Assembly: GCA_010909165.1 (NCBI GenBank)
Contig: MU008215.1
Location: forward strand, 303,403 to 367,402
DNA length: 64,000 nucleotides
Origin: Anthoceros angustus
Lineage: Eukaryota > Plantae > Anthocerotophyta
Direction of reading: 5' to 3'
Both the position numbers and the translations under genes were made by a program. Positions 37,626 through 49,099 of this stretch are shown here, piece by piece. The notes beneath the pieces are model-generated. The model worked only from the letters and a program-made list of their open reading frames with translations. It had not been told where the DNA came from and ran no database searches. How positions within the stretch are numbered: position 1 is the stretch's first letter; each line of letters starts with the position of its first letter.

Positions 37626-40536
37626 ACCTACCAAGGCGCCATTTGTCGACAAGGGCCATACCCATTGCCTTGTTCATGTTGCTCCACCCCCATTCAATGG
37701 CGGGCAACCCACCGTCCAGCATTCGACTCATGTTAGCTTCTTTGGTTCGCTTACGGGTCCGTCAGGAGAATCTGGCCTTCTTCACTCTGTTCGGATGGTT
37801 GTAGCATCGTGCCGTGTATTCGAAAACTTGGTTCAATTACTTCCCTGTTCACACTTGGAAATTCCTCGCCACTAGATCTATGAGCTCCAAGCGGGCTCTG
37901 GAGGTGCTTGGTCCAGCACTTCAGAAATGTAAGCTTGCGGCCACTAGCTCTTGTATCCTCTTTTCCATTGGCCTTCTCCCTCCCCAAGCGGCCCCGTTCT
38001 CTTGGACATGTTTGCGGTCCCCTGCTTTGCTGTGCACACACTCGTGCCGCCTTGACGGTCATTACCTTGAGTGGCCATGTCGACTTATCGGCAGCTAGCA
38101 CCTCCCAGCGCACTGGTCGCACCACCTCGCAACCCGTCCTTGCACACGGGCATAAGCATCTCACGGCATCACGCCACAGGCATCGGGGAATCCTGTTGGA
38201 TGCCTTAGCTCGGGTTCCATTGGGTCATCCTCCTCCATGTCGGTAGCGCCTCGTCCTCACCTCCCACCGCGTTGAACTCCTCGTCTGCCTCACCTTCCAC
38301 CCATGATGCCATCCCGTCGCCGCTGGTCATCCATCCGCATTTGCCCGCAACGTGCCTGCCGCGCTCCACGCCTCCCACCCTCCGGCCTGCATCGCCAAGA
38401 AATTGCAATGAGCAATCCGGCAGCACTTTCGGCCTCCTCCGTGGCAGTGGAAACACAAAGTCGTTGTGGTTTCGGCTGCCATCAAGGAAAAACCCATCTT
38501 AGAAAGCAGTTCTACACACATCGGTTACCCTCAACAACCAAGCCCCGCCACTCGACATTTGAATTCAGACTCACCTGTTTACGCCTGGAAGAGAGCCGCC
38601 TCGGGTGTCTGCTGAACCCGCCATCCCGAACCACTGTCCCCAAACCAACGCGTTCTGCATCAGTCACTATGCCAGGGGTAAGGTCCAACACCCACTCCGA
38701 CGTGGGGTGGCCCGAACTTGCGGGCGCAGCTGCTTCGGCAAAGCTTCCCGTCCCCGGCCCGAGAAAACACTGCATCCCATTGGAGAGTGCTTGGTGGGTG
38801 ACGTCGCTTATCACGCTCCGGCCAGTTCGCTGCCCTCCTCATCAGTAGCGCCCGGTAGAGGCCCCATCCTCTCATGCCAATGACCTTGGCCTCGCTGTCG
38901 CTTCCAACCCTAGTTGGCTTCCCCTTCGATTGCGTACTTCACCTGCACCGCCCCGCCCTATCACCGTCTGCGTTTGCCAAACCGACCCTTACTCGATCGG
39001 ACGCCATCACCTCACAACAACTTCCCCTTCCCCGAGCAGATGGGCGACGAACCCGGGACAGCGGCTCGACGCTCCGCTGCTTTCTGTCAGGTTGCTCCCA
39101 CCAATGGAAAGTCCCTCTGTCTCTCCATTGCCACCGCCCTTGCCAAAAGATTTGACTGTGACTGACTCACGGTGTAAGTGTGCTCAAGCGAAATGCTTCC
39201 GCCAGCTCTCCATAGTCTGCCCCCAGGCTTAGCCCCACCGCCACCTCCAAGTTACTCGCGTCCACCCCATCCCGGTTCTCAAGTTCCTGGTGGCGCGCGT
39301 CCATCACTGTGCATGCACCCCTCGCCATGACCGACAAGACGCTTGGTGCACTTGATGGAGTCGGCAGACACCCCCGATGGCAGAATCCGCGAACCCTTTC
39401 TAATTTCGAGGACCAGTTTCCGCGAATGGTATGTAGGACGTGTTGGTGTCTAGAACCCAAACGGCGGGGCATTCGAGAAGACGTTGTACGGACACCTGCT
39501 CAAAAAATGGAGGGCTCATGACGCTCCATATTCATGGCAAATATTACATAAACACCGATGTTCAGTGAGGGCCTTCCTTGGACCGGCATCCAACATGGTG
39601 ACGGCGCCTACCATCTGTGTGCTATCGGCCCGAGGTGGTCGCACCTCGGGCATCTAATGAGAGGCATGACCTCATGTGTGTAAAGGTTCAAGAAAACACA
39701 GTCCATGCAACCAAGTCGACTGAACCACAACATCGCGTCATTCGTCTGTGGAACACTACTCGCATCGCTGCACACGTCCTCCTCCTCGCCATCAGCAACC
39801 ATTGCTATCTGAGTGCTGGATTGAATGTTCCCATTCACGTCGCCCGTGCTGGGAAGCAATTCAGTTGATGTGTGCGAGTCGGTCTCAGCCGATTTAGGAG
39901 CGGCCCCATCCTCATTTGCCTGTTCAGGTTGTGGCCACCCAAGACTGAAACTTGGCGCAGGGTCTTGCGAATCCATTCCTGCAACAGTGTTTCCGACGTG
40001 TGCAACCCTCCAACCATCCTCGTCGTTGCGCACCTCATTTGGGCCGTCCGCCTATGTCCAGTCAGGGCTCAACTTCCCAGCTCACGAGCCACGCTCCAGC
40101 GATGCCCGCACCGCGATGGCGCGGGGCGATGTGTTGTATCGTGTGCTCGCCCGTGCGATGCAGCAATGGTTTCACTATCGAGCATGACGCGCGGGCCTGG
40201 CCCGCGCGTCCTCCCCATTACGGCCCTTACGCACCATTTTGAACGAATTCAACCAATCCCCGCCCGCCGCCTCCGTGACCGTGTGCTCTGTCCTCGTCCT
40301 GCATTTGCAGGTTTCTGCCTTTTGCTGACAATCCTGCATACTCACCGCCACCTCATTCCATCGATTGCTGCTGACAATCCTGCTTACTCATCGCCAACTC
40401 TGGGCGCACCATTTAATGTGACAGGACTTGATTTTTGGCAGTCACATCGCATTCCGTCTCTCCCCTGTCACTGCGAGTGCAATTGCGACTAGGCTTTCAC
40501 TTGCCAATTCCCGGCTTGTCTTCAACACTGCTGTAA

Positions 40537-41627
40537 TGGCGGATGTGGACGATTTCGATACGGCCCGCGTCATGACCGAATGCCGAATCCGCTGGACACA
40601 CTTCCTGGACCGACTCTCGGGACTCGACGCCCCTCCGGCCCAGGATGTCTTTTTGTCCCGTATGAAGGCTAGACGCGCTCAGATGGAATCCAATCGCTTC
40701 GCCGTGAGCGTGTTGGACATGGTATTTTGTGCCTCTTCTTTCACATGGCGACTTTGCTGTTGCCCAAGTGTTCCGCGCTGAACATGTGGACCCTTTGCCC
40801 ATCTTCGAGCTCCCGAACTGGACAATGCCTCGCCACGTAACATATCTTGTCAGACCCAGACTTTCATCAAGGCGGCTGTTGGCTTCAACGACGGTGGGCC
40901 GTGGGTTGTCGGCGGGAAGGACAAGTGGGAGGTTCCCAAGCCCTGGCTCGTTGGCGTGCACCCTCGTCTGGGAAGCGGGATGCTAGAAAGGGGAAAAGAA
41001 ATCGGCGCTCTTCTGGTGGAGATATTGGCTGAGATGGACAAGATGTCACACTTGATGGATGGCTCCATCATGCTAGAGGTTGGGACTGAGGACCACTTCC
41101 TGGTCCTAGTGTGCTCCCTCCCTGTTTCTCGGTTAGACGTGCGAGTGGTAGAAGTGGACCGCCATAATGAAGGCGAGAGCCACCGAGTGTACACGGGGGA
41201 GCCAAACCTCCGCGAAGAGATGGAGGCAGATCTGCGTTGGGTGACGGCAACCGATTACGGGTGTAAGATCCTGCAGCGGAATGTGGGGCCCTCTGTTGGG
41301 AAGGAGCAGCTGACCCTCTGGACGGGGCCCGAGCATGGGTTGAGGGGATTGTTGACCGCCTCCGCGAAAGGGGACGGGAAGATGGCCATCTTACGGAAGG
41401 ATGTGGAGCGCAACTGGTCCGTAGGATTTATTCAAAAGCTTCCATTAAATCCGGACCTGACGCCCGTGGTGATTCTCGATTTGATGAGCAGCGAACACAT
41501 CTACCAGTTCTCGAGCTTTGTGACACGATTGTTCGGTCTTTGTGACATGTTTGGTGGTGGCGTCATCACGGCGCTTTGGTTGTGGGCTGCGATTCCTTTT
41601 TGGACCCAAGCCATCACCCCGTATTGA
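40537..41627 (+). CDS. Hypothetical cargo protein in CACTA (probably spliced), unknown function
   Basis: Uninterrupted 223-aa frame 40956-41627 with globular-looking composition, preceded by a candidate exon MADVDDFDTARVMTECRIRW...VLDM ending at a GT (~40722). Confidence 0.45.
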
Positions 41628-41779
41628 GGTGGTCATCGCTGGATATGGCAGCACAGACTACTTATTCGGGTAGTGGGGAAGACACGAGCAGAGGCAAAAT
41701 GTAGGCTTTGGCGAGCAGGCGGTAGTGTCGAAATTTTTGTTTGGTGTCGCGGATAGCGGATATAGCACTTAGTCTGTGC

Positions 41780-42450
41780 ACATAGGTCATATAAGCCGAT
41801 GAACGATGGCCACTGGGGTTGAAGCCGTCAGTGGCCAGGCCCAGCCGAATATTCTTGTCCTCCTCCTCCAACCGAGAATCCATTACTTTGCATCCAATTG
41901 TCTGCCAAAGCGGGGCCATTATAATGTATGGCTCATTATCATCACGTGTGAGACCATGTGTCTTTGCGGTGCTTACCTCCACCATGTATGAGTTGCTCCC
42001 CACGGTGGATGCGCATTTGAACATCCGGCTCTTAACCCAAGAATCAAAGCAATTGGGAAGTAAAACGCTTCCGCTTTTTCATGATCGGGGTTCGTATTGC
42101 ACGGCCGGAACACAGGCTCAACTCGCGAACTTCATGATCCGCGGTTTTTCCGAGTAGGGGCCCCCAAAGCAGGATGCGATCACCTACACGAGGCATCAGT
42201 CTTGCGATGCATTTCGACCCTACGTCACGGCAGGAGCATTGATTTGACTTCTTAGGAGCTACAGGCGAAATTGTGTTGCCACTTGGGAGGAAGTCCCGGA
42301 CCAAGAGGCTTGAAAATAGCGATAATGCTGCAGTCGGAGATTCTCGAACCGGTCTGGATGGCCGCGAATGCCGTAACCCAGACGGTAGGTAATGGTGTGA
42401 AAACGCGTTTGGGCTCTTTTCGATGTCACACATAGGCGTTGTGGCGTACT
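41780..42450 (-). pseudogene. CACTA TnpD transposase (Transposase_21) N-terminal remnant
   Basis: DFLPSGNTI, a degenerate Cys cluster, then EEDKNIRLGLATDGFNPSGHRSSAY; truncated right after. Confidence 0.85.
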
Positions 42451-44859
42451 AGGTAGATTGTAGATTGTCTGCGGCCGGGCAACCCCATCGCCTCTCTCAA
42501 TGCCTTTTGGGTGTTGGCCATGTGTTCTGTGGCGGCCACATTCGGGTCCATCGGCTACGGCCATTGAAAGTCGCACCCAGGCGGGATGGCGGCGACGTGG
42601 CGGCGCAAGTAGCCCTATTACTGATGAATGGCTCTAGCCTCATTCCTTCGGGAATGGCTGCTACCGCCCGGGTTGGAAGGTCCAATTCCTCCTCATCGAT
42701 ATGGCCTTGGTCGTCGCCTCGAGCCTGTCAAAGAAGAAAACAATACGCGGTTAGGCTCCATCGCTATGGGTGGGTGCTATGTACTAGGGGTTGAAAAGGA
42801 AAACGATACACCTCGGCAAAGCCGGGCGCCGCAAGTCAAGCGCCTTAAGAGCGTTCATGGGCCGGACGCGATGTTCCGCACTTTCCCGGATGGCGGGAAG
42901 CTTCCAGTAGCAGCGAGAACAGCGAGTAGAAACTCATGGATCCAAGGCGTTGTTGCGTGGGCATACCATTATGGCGATGTCGCGAGGGGCGGCCGGGTCA
43001 AGGGCACAATGGCATAAGGACCGCACACCGCTTTTATCCGTAGTGCAGGGGACACGCACGTGGTCGCGAATCCAACTAAGGCCGTCACATATTTTGTCAT
43101 TCATCGGTTCCGCTTGGAACGGCATGCGTGTTGTGCCGCTCAATCAACTTACTAAAGATGCTTTCGACAAACCTGCGTCGATGCCTCACTCGCTTTGACC
43201 TACATGGTCCAAATGCCAGTACCTGCATGAACATAATGGGGTGTGGTGCAGGAGTGATGGGATGGAATGCCGTGAGTATCCGTAACCGCGGAAATGCCGG
43301 GTAACCGCAAGCTCTTTCCTAATTGGACTAGCCAACAATGGCAAGGAATTCGCGAGAGTATAGATGGAAAAAGACGGCTGGCTCTCGAATCATTCCAAGG
43401 ACAATGACATGCACACCAAACCGTCATATATCAGCCGCGCCGTCGTTTTTAAGGCCCAATAGTGTGGCAACTAGAAACCCGTCATTACAAGCCCGTCATA
43501 AATCCAAGCTTTTTGTTGTAGTGTGTGCATCTTGTTCTCATTGAAGAACACGTCGTTAGTACGAATTAGCCTTTCTAGCTTTTGGATCCCACAAACTAAA
43601 GATCCCATCATCTCACCAGTAATCCACCATAGCCAAGAAAAATACATTTCTTGGACTTAGGTATCAACTTGTCCCGAAAACTCTTTGGAATATGGCAGTG
43701 ATGCCTCACGACCAAACACTCTTTAGATGCTTGCTTGTAGGATGGTTTCTTTCCCGCACTATAGCTCCTCACGGAACTCCGCCAGCAATGCCTTATTAGG
43801 AGATCCGTTAATAAGATGAATTGCATTGAGATCGCTTCCGCCCTTAAAACCCATTAGGCAATCCAGTAGTTTGACAACAAACTACGCATCTTCTCCTCGA
43901 ATGGTTCTGCATTCATCCGGCTCAGCCACACCATTTTGTGGAGGAGTATATACAGTACCGATCAATTCTCTTTTGATTCCCTTCCTGGAATAATCTTGAA
44001 TAGCCCGGAAAGCTTCGAACATACTCTCCACCATTCTCCTCGTCTCTTAGACACTTCAATGATTATGGCCGGTTGATTCTCTACATAAGGGTAACAATGT
44101 TTGAAACACCGTCAGAACTTCATCCTTTTTCCTCAAAGGATAAACAACATGCTAATATTTGAAGGGCTGAATATACGCCGCTTCCGAAACTCTCGGACCA
44201 ATTTTCTATGTGCTCCACGGTCACAAAAGCGGCTTTTTTCATTCCTCGTTTTTGGCCGGTTGGTCAATGGCATACAATATGGTTTTGTCCGATTTCATCG
44301 ATATGATATGCGTGATACGGTCAGGAGATCGGCCATGATGCAAAGAATGTATGCAAACTATGAGAGCAATGGCAGAACATATGCATAAAAGGATTCAAAT
44401 CCCAAACAATATGTATAAAGTCAAACGGCACTGCATGCTTGCACTATATCGATGGCTGAAATCCAGGGACACCCGCCACGGCAACTTTGACCTAATCGCC
44501 CAATTAATCCGCATGGTTGGGACTCGTGGGCACCGCCTGACACGCCATCAAAGACGACTGCACTCTTGACCTTGCCTCCTAGCATCAAATTGTCATTCTC
44601 CTCATGGCATTCTCTGCATCCAAAAGGCCACCATCATTTCCTTTTCCGTTGTTCTCGTGCCATAAGGTGGGCAAGGTTTGTTGGCCATCGCCCGAATATC
44701 TCCGTGATCTCCTTCATCCTATTCAACCCCAAAGGAACCACGAGCACGGGAGACATCCTTCTCGAAGACTCAATTCCTTAGCCCGAATTGGGAGGGTCCC
44801 CGACAGTGCGGCTCATGAGTCAATTCCTCCTCCCGCGCACTTCATATCCATGGATCCTC

Positions 44860-45610
44860 TGGAATAAACTCACACCGCTTATCAATGACAATACAACGTC
44901 CACATAGCATACCGCCAATGTCGTACCACTCCCACATACATCCGTAACCAGTCTCCCTCTTCGAAAAGTTCTTGATGAGCTTCATCATCGCCTAGAGGCC
45001 TCGGTATGCACATACCACCGCTTGTCAAATGACATATACAACTTCTTCACAATGGTCGGCGCAAGGCTGACGCCCATTGTTGAAAGAGCCCCGCAAGTTA
45101 TTCGGGAGCATAGACATCTTCCCGATCTTGTTGCCGGAGGTGAAACCCCACCACCGTGATGTACTCCACGGTCATAGCCTCCTTGGTCACGTGCATATTC
45201 GCTTTTATCCCAAACGAAGGAGACCATCCCTCCACCTGCACCACTTCCGCATTGCCTCTCTCACCATGTGCAGCTCTTCTACTCCATGCATGACTATCAA
45301 TCTAATCTCCGAGCAACTTGTCATGTCATGGAAAGAATGGATGGTGTTCAGGCTCGATCCATCTTCACATCATGTTGTCCCTTATTGAATACCCATCCAT
45401 CAACAATGCATGTACCAAAGCATCTCTTGATACCACCGGTAGTTCACAATATTCTCCGTTTTGGCACTGAAAGATTGGAGCCCTTCCTCCATGTCCATGT
45501 CTGCAAGTGCCCTTTGCTCGTCCTCCAAGCCTTTCCATGTGTGCACCTCTAGTATGAAAGCTTGAAAATCCTCCGGCAGTTTCTTCAGGTCTTCAACATC
45601 TTTTACTTGC
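44860..45610 (-). pseudogene. Beta-class amino-DNA methyltransferase domain (N6_N4_Mtase-like), frameshifted
   Basis: Across indels: DFQAFILEV..., LIVMHG, FVWDK, EYITVVGF, VHTE-RPLG-MMKLIKNFSK-EGDWVTDVC-GSGTTLAVC--GRCIVIDK. GSGTT is at 44919-44933 and the motif order matches PF01555. Confidence 0.8.
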
Positions 45611-46049
45611 TGCACGAAGACAACAGCCGCTAAGGCCTCACAATCACACGCCGAGAGGCGGGCGCGCATGCGCCTCTCTTCCTCCCGCTTGAAAAAAGAA
45701 AACGCAGGAGGGCGCGCCTTCAACCAATCTAATCGAACAGGACATAGAAGGACATACCTTTCCCTCAAAAGCGGTTTGGAACCTCGCGACATCGCATCCG
45801 ATGAGTGTAGTGGGTATTCGCTCTCACCATGTCGAATGAACTACCCCGGATGCTTTGCCATAGCCACTTGTATGACATGAAATTTCTTCCAGTGTCACCT
45901 CCTTGGACATTCCATGGTCTAGAAGACTCAACACCTTCTCGCCACACTAATTAGCGCCTCCCTCGGAGGAATACCTTGGAAATGCGCCATGGCTTGCCCC
46001 GCATTTCTTTGGCTTGAAATACACCTTCAGACTTTGTTTCATCACCAAC

Positions 46050-46810
46050 TTTATGCGTTTTCCTTTGCTCTTCTTGCTGGTCCCACATGCTTTGCCTGCT
46101 GTAGCTCCATGGCCTCCCACTTTGTGAAAATACTATCAACATTCTTCCAAACCTTTTCCTCCAATTTCGCAATGCATAGAATATGTGTCTGTTGTCCACC
46201 TTGTTTTATATTGCTCATCCTCGCGACCTTCATCGTCCTCTATTAGCCCAAGCACCTTATAAAGGTTAAACTTCAGTTCATGCTCATGGTCACACCATCT
46301 CGCTTTGCAATTTGGAGCTCATCTCGCAGTACCTAACTTGTTCGATGAAATTCATCTTTTCCTCTGTCGACATCGTGTTGTGGTCTTTGCCAATATCCTC
46401 ATCTCATAGTAAGCCCACAATAAACATGGGCCTCCATCCATTGGAACCTTGCCTTCCCGGCGATATGTCAAAGGTGCTTCATGGCGGCATATGTATGATT
46501 GCCACCTAAGACTCCCATCACGTACTTCTTAGCCCGAAACTTGATCCAGTCCAGGCTTTCGATATCCCTGCATTCTGATGGGTCAATCATATAGAGCAGG
46601 GGGAGGACTCCTTCCTCTATACGTCCTTTTGCTATCACACGCGCCAAATAGTTAGCCCAGGCCTCATCCACATTCCGGATCTGTGCATCGGGAGTCAGAA
46701 ATGATGCAGGCCTCAAGTTCTCGAGCTTCACAAGAACAGTTTTTGGAACCACCTTCTTTGCATACGCCGATTCCCGCAGTTTTCTCAAATAATCTTCATC
46801 CAACATAGAT
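46050..46810 (-). pseudogene. ParB/Srx-like N-terminal domain plus HTH-like region, upstream of the MTase on the same strand
   Basis: VKLENLRP...QIRNVDEAWANYLARVI...LPLL...VLGGNHTYAAMKHL...VYCGLT...HN...KMNFIEQV...LCIAKLEEKVWKNV; GGNH at ~46495-46506. Confidence 0.7.
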
Positions 46811-49099
46811 GCTGCTGCTCCCCATCGTGGCCACATGTACGTTGGAATGTCATTCAAGGCCGTGCGACGTTTTCCTTTCTTCCGCCAGACCCGCGGCATC
46901 CACACGTGAGTCCGATTGTTGCCTCTGTGGGCCGGATGAGGAAGTCTTCCTCTTCCTCTTCTCATCTCGCTCAGGTGGCGCCGGCGCATCCCCACCTTCC
47001 ACGAAGGCGCGCATGCCCGCCCGCATCCCCACCTTCCGAAGGGGCGCATGCCGCCTCTTCACCATCGGAGGCTAGTGGCGCGGCATGCCGGCGCCTCACA
47101 TCCGACATATCAGGAGAGGGGGCGCATGCCGGCCCGCCTCCCTTCCACCTTAAGACATGGGCCGGCATGCCCGCACCCACATCATCGGAGGAAGGAGGCG
47201 CCGCATGCCGGCGCCCTTCCTCCTCCGACGTCTCCACCTGTGCACAGAGCTCCATGGCTCCGATGTGTTTCTTCGCCTCGGCCGGCTCCCCACTACCACT
47301 AGCGGGCCGTGGTGCCTCCGATTGCACACCACCTAACGTGCTAGGGTGCCTTCGCTTGGAAGGCACCCAGGGCCGCATGCCCCTCCTCCTCCGCATCAAA
47401 GCCCGATACAAACCAATTGATTTGCTTCCCAATTCTGGTTGTCGCGAAGAGGAGGGTTCCTCGCCCCATCTTCATGTGAACGCTAACTTTGGCACAAGCA
47501 AAGAAGCCCTTGTCCCTTTCCTCCTCATGGTCTTGAGGCTTCCTCATCCGATGCCCTAGCTGCCGCCAATGGGACCATCCTCCTCATCCGAGGGTCCAAA
47601 CTCGCTTCTCTTCTTCCGCATTAGTAAAGGCAACCGTGGAAGGGCCTGCTTGTCCTCCAAAGACATCTCAGGTGCATTTTCATGGAGTCTAATCACGACA
47701 AAGAAACCTATAAAATGATCTTCCACCGCACATGGTTTTAACACAAGACATGTGTTACTTTTATCGACCTCTCAAATACACACCGATCATGTTAGAGAGA
47801 GTTGAGGGAAACATTTGCACTTACATTTTCAATTCGCCAGCATCCAAGAATTTCCTTGACAGATATACGTCACACTTCCCGTGAAAGTTTGCGGCCTTAG
47901 CACATACACATTGTAGTCATCGGTGTCGGTGGCAACCCTTCCACTGTAAGGCTTGGATGTGCACAAAACTGAACTCCGGTTCACCATCCACCACATCCAT
48001 TGTAGCCTGAGAACCCATCCCGCCCTAGCTCCTCGATTGTGCAAAGCACCATTGAACCCAAAATCCACAGCTTTAACAAGGAGTCCACACCATTGTGTCC
48101 TCTTGAGTTCCTCCGATTGCGTGAACAACCGTCTTTCTCCAACAAAACAACTTCATCAACGGCTTGTGTGCTGCTGGTGCACCGCCTCCTCATACGATAT
48201 AAGGAGATGGGATGGGATCCGGGAGGAGCCGAGACTTGGGAAGGCCAACCTTTTCCTGTGCCCTTGCGCTCCCTTTGCGAGCTTGGTTTCTCGAAACGTG
48301 GAACCAGACAGGACCCTTTGCCCCTCCAGCTATGCTCGGCCGCCCGCCTCCTTTCCTTCTTGAGTGTCGTTTCTTATGCCGCTTTGGCTTGTCCACAAGC
48401 TCACAGGATCGGCCGCGGCCAGCTCCTTCCGGCCGCCCACTTGCCATATCCGCTCTCACGAAATCACACAAGACGGGTCAAGGCGAATTGCCCATCCAAA
48501 ACAATGGTTGTGTGGGTTGAAGCGAAATACCAACCCTCCGCTGGCTGCACGATGGGTGGGGTTAGCAATTTGATGCTCGCCGCTCGAGACGGCCGACTTG
48601 GTCGCAGAGTGACGCTTCCCCGACAATTCCTTCACCGCGACACGAATTGCGAGCAAGGCGGGGAATTCTTGGTGCGGTGCGCAGTCGCGAATTGCCGGAG
48701 CGCGAGTTCTCGCCTCACAAGCACTTGTTGCCTTCCGAACCAGGTAAGGAAGAAGATGGCGTCGTTACGCTCACTTGTAGGTCGACAATAGACACCCGTG
48801 CTTATAATACGGACATGTGTCCGTATGGGAGGAAACCCTAAATTAGTTGCGAAGATGGAAACGCCGCTTTTACCGTGGTTAAAACCATAAATTGGAGCCT
48901 TTTCGATCCGCTAGATCAGTAATGATGCATGCCTTGCAAAATATTTTTATCACTTTACTTGCGAGAAGGATTGGCCTTTGTTGCTTTGGCTTTCAAGAAA
49001 CGTGAAACCCGTTTTCCACCCATTCAATGTTCCATACAAGCGGAATGTGAGAGAGGTACAACACACGAGAGCAAGAAAGCTATAGTTTGCGAGGTTGGC

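Larger units (their letters stand above)
32499..43523 (-). mobile_element. CACTA (En/Spm) DNA transposon, ~11 kb, non-autonomous, with cargo
   Basis: Starts CACTACAACA (32499) and ends TGTTGTAGTG (43523); subterminal ATGACG/CGTCAT repeats at both ends; 3-bp flanks agt/tgt; Copia-2 is continuous across it; TnpD remnant inside. Confidence 0.92.

Noticed and set aside
44860-46810. Bacterial or phage contamination as the source of the ParB-MTase
   Set aside because: It lies between TIRs with a TSD inside a plant Copia integrase, next to a eukaryotic-type transposase.
48039-48791. 250-aa plus-strand ORF as a third gene of the Sola-like element
   Set aside because: No recognisable motifs and GC-rich; more likely the antisense of a 5' exon of the minus-strand gene, though unresolved.
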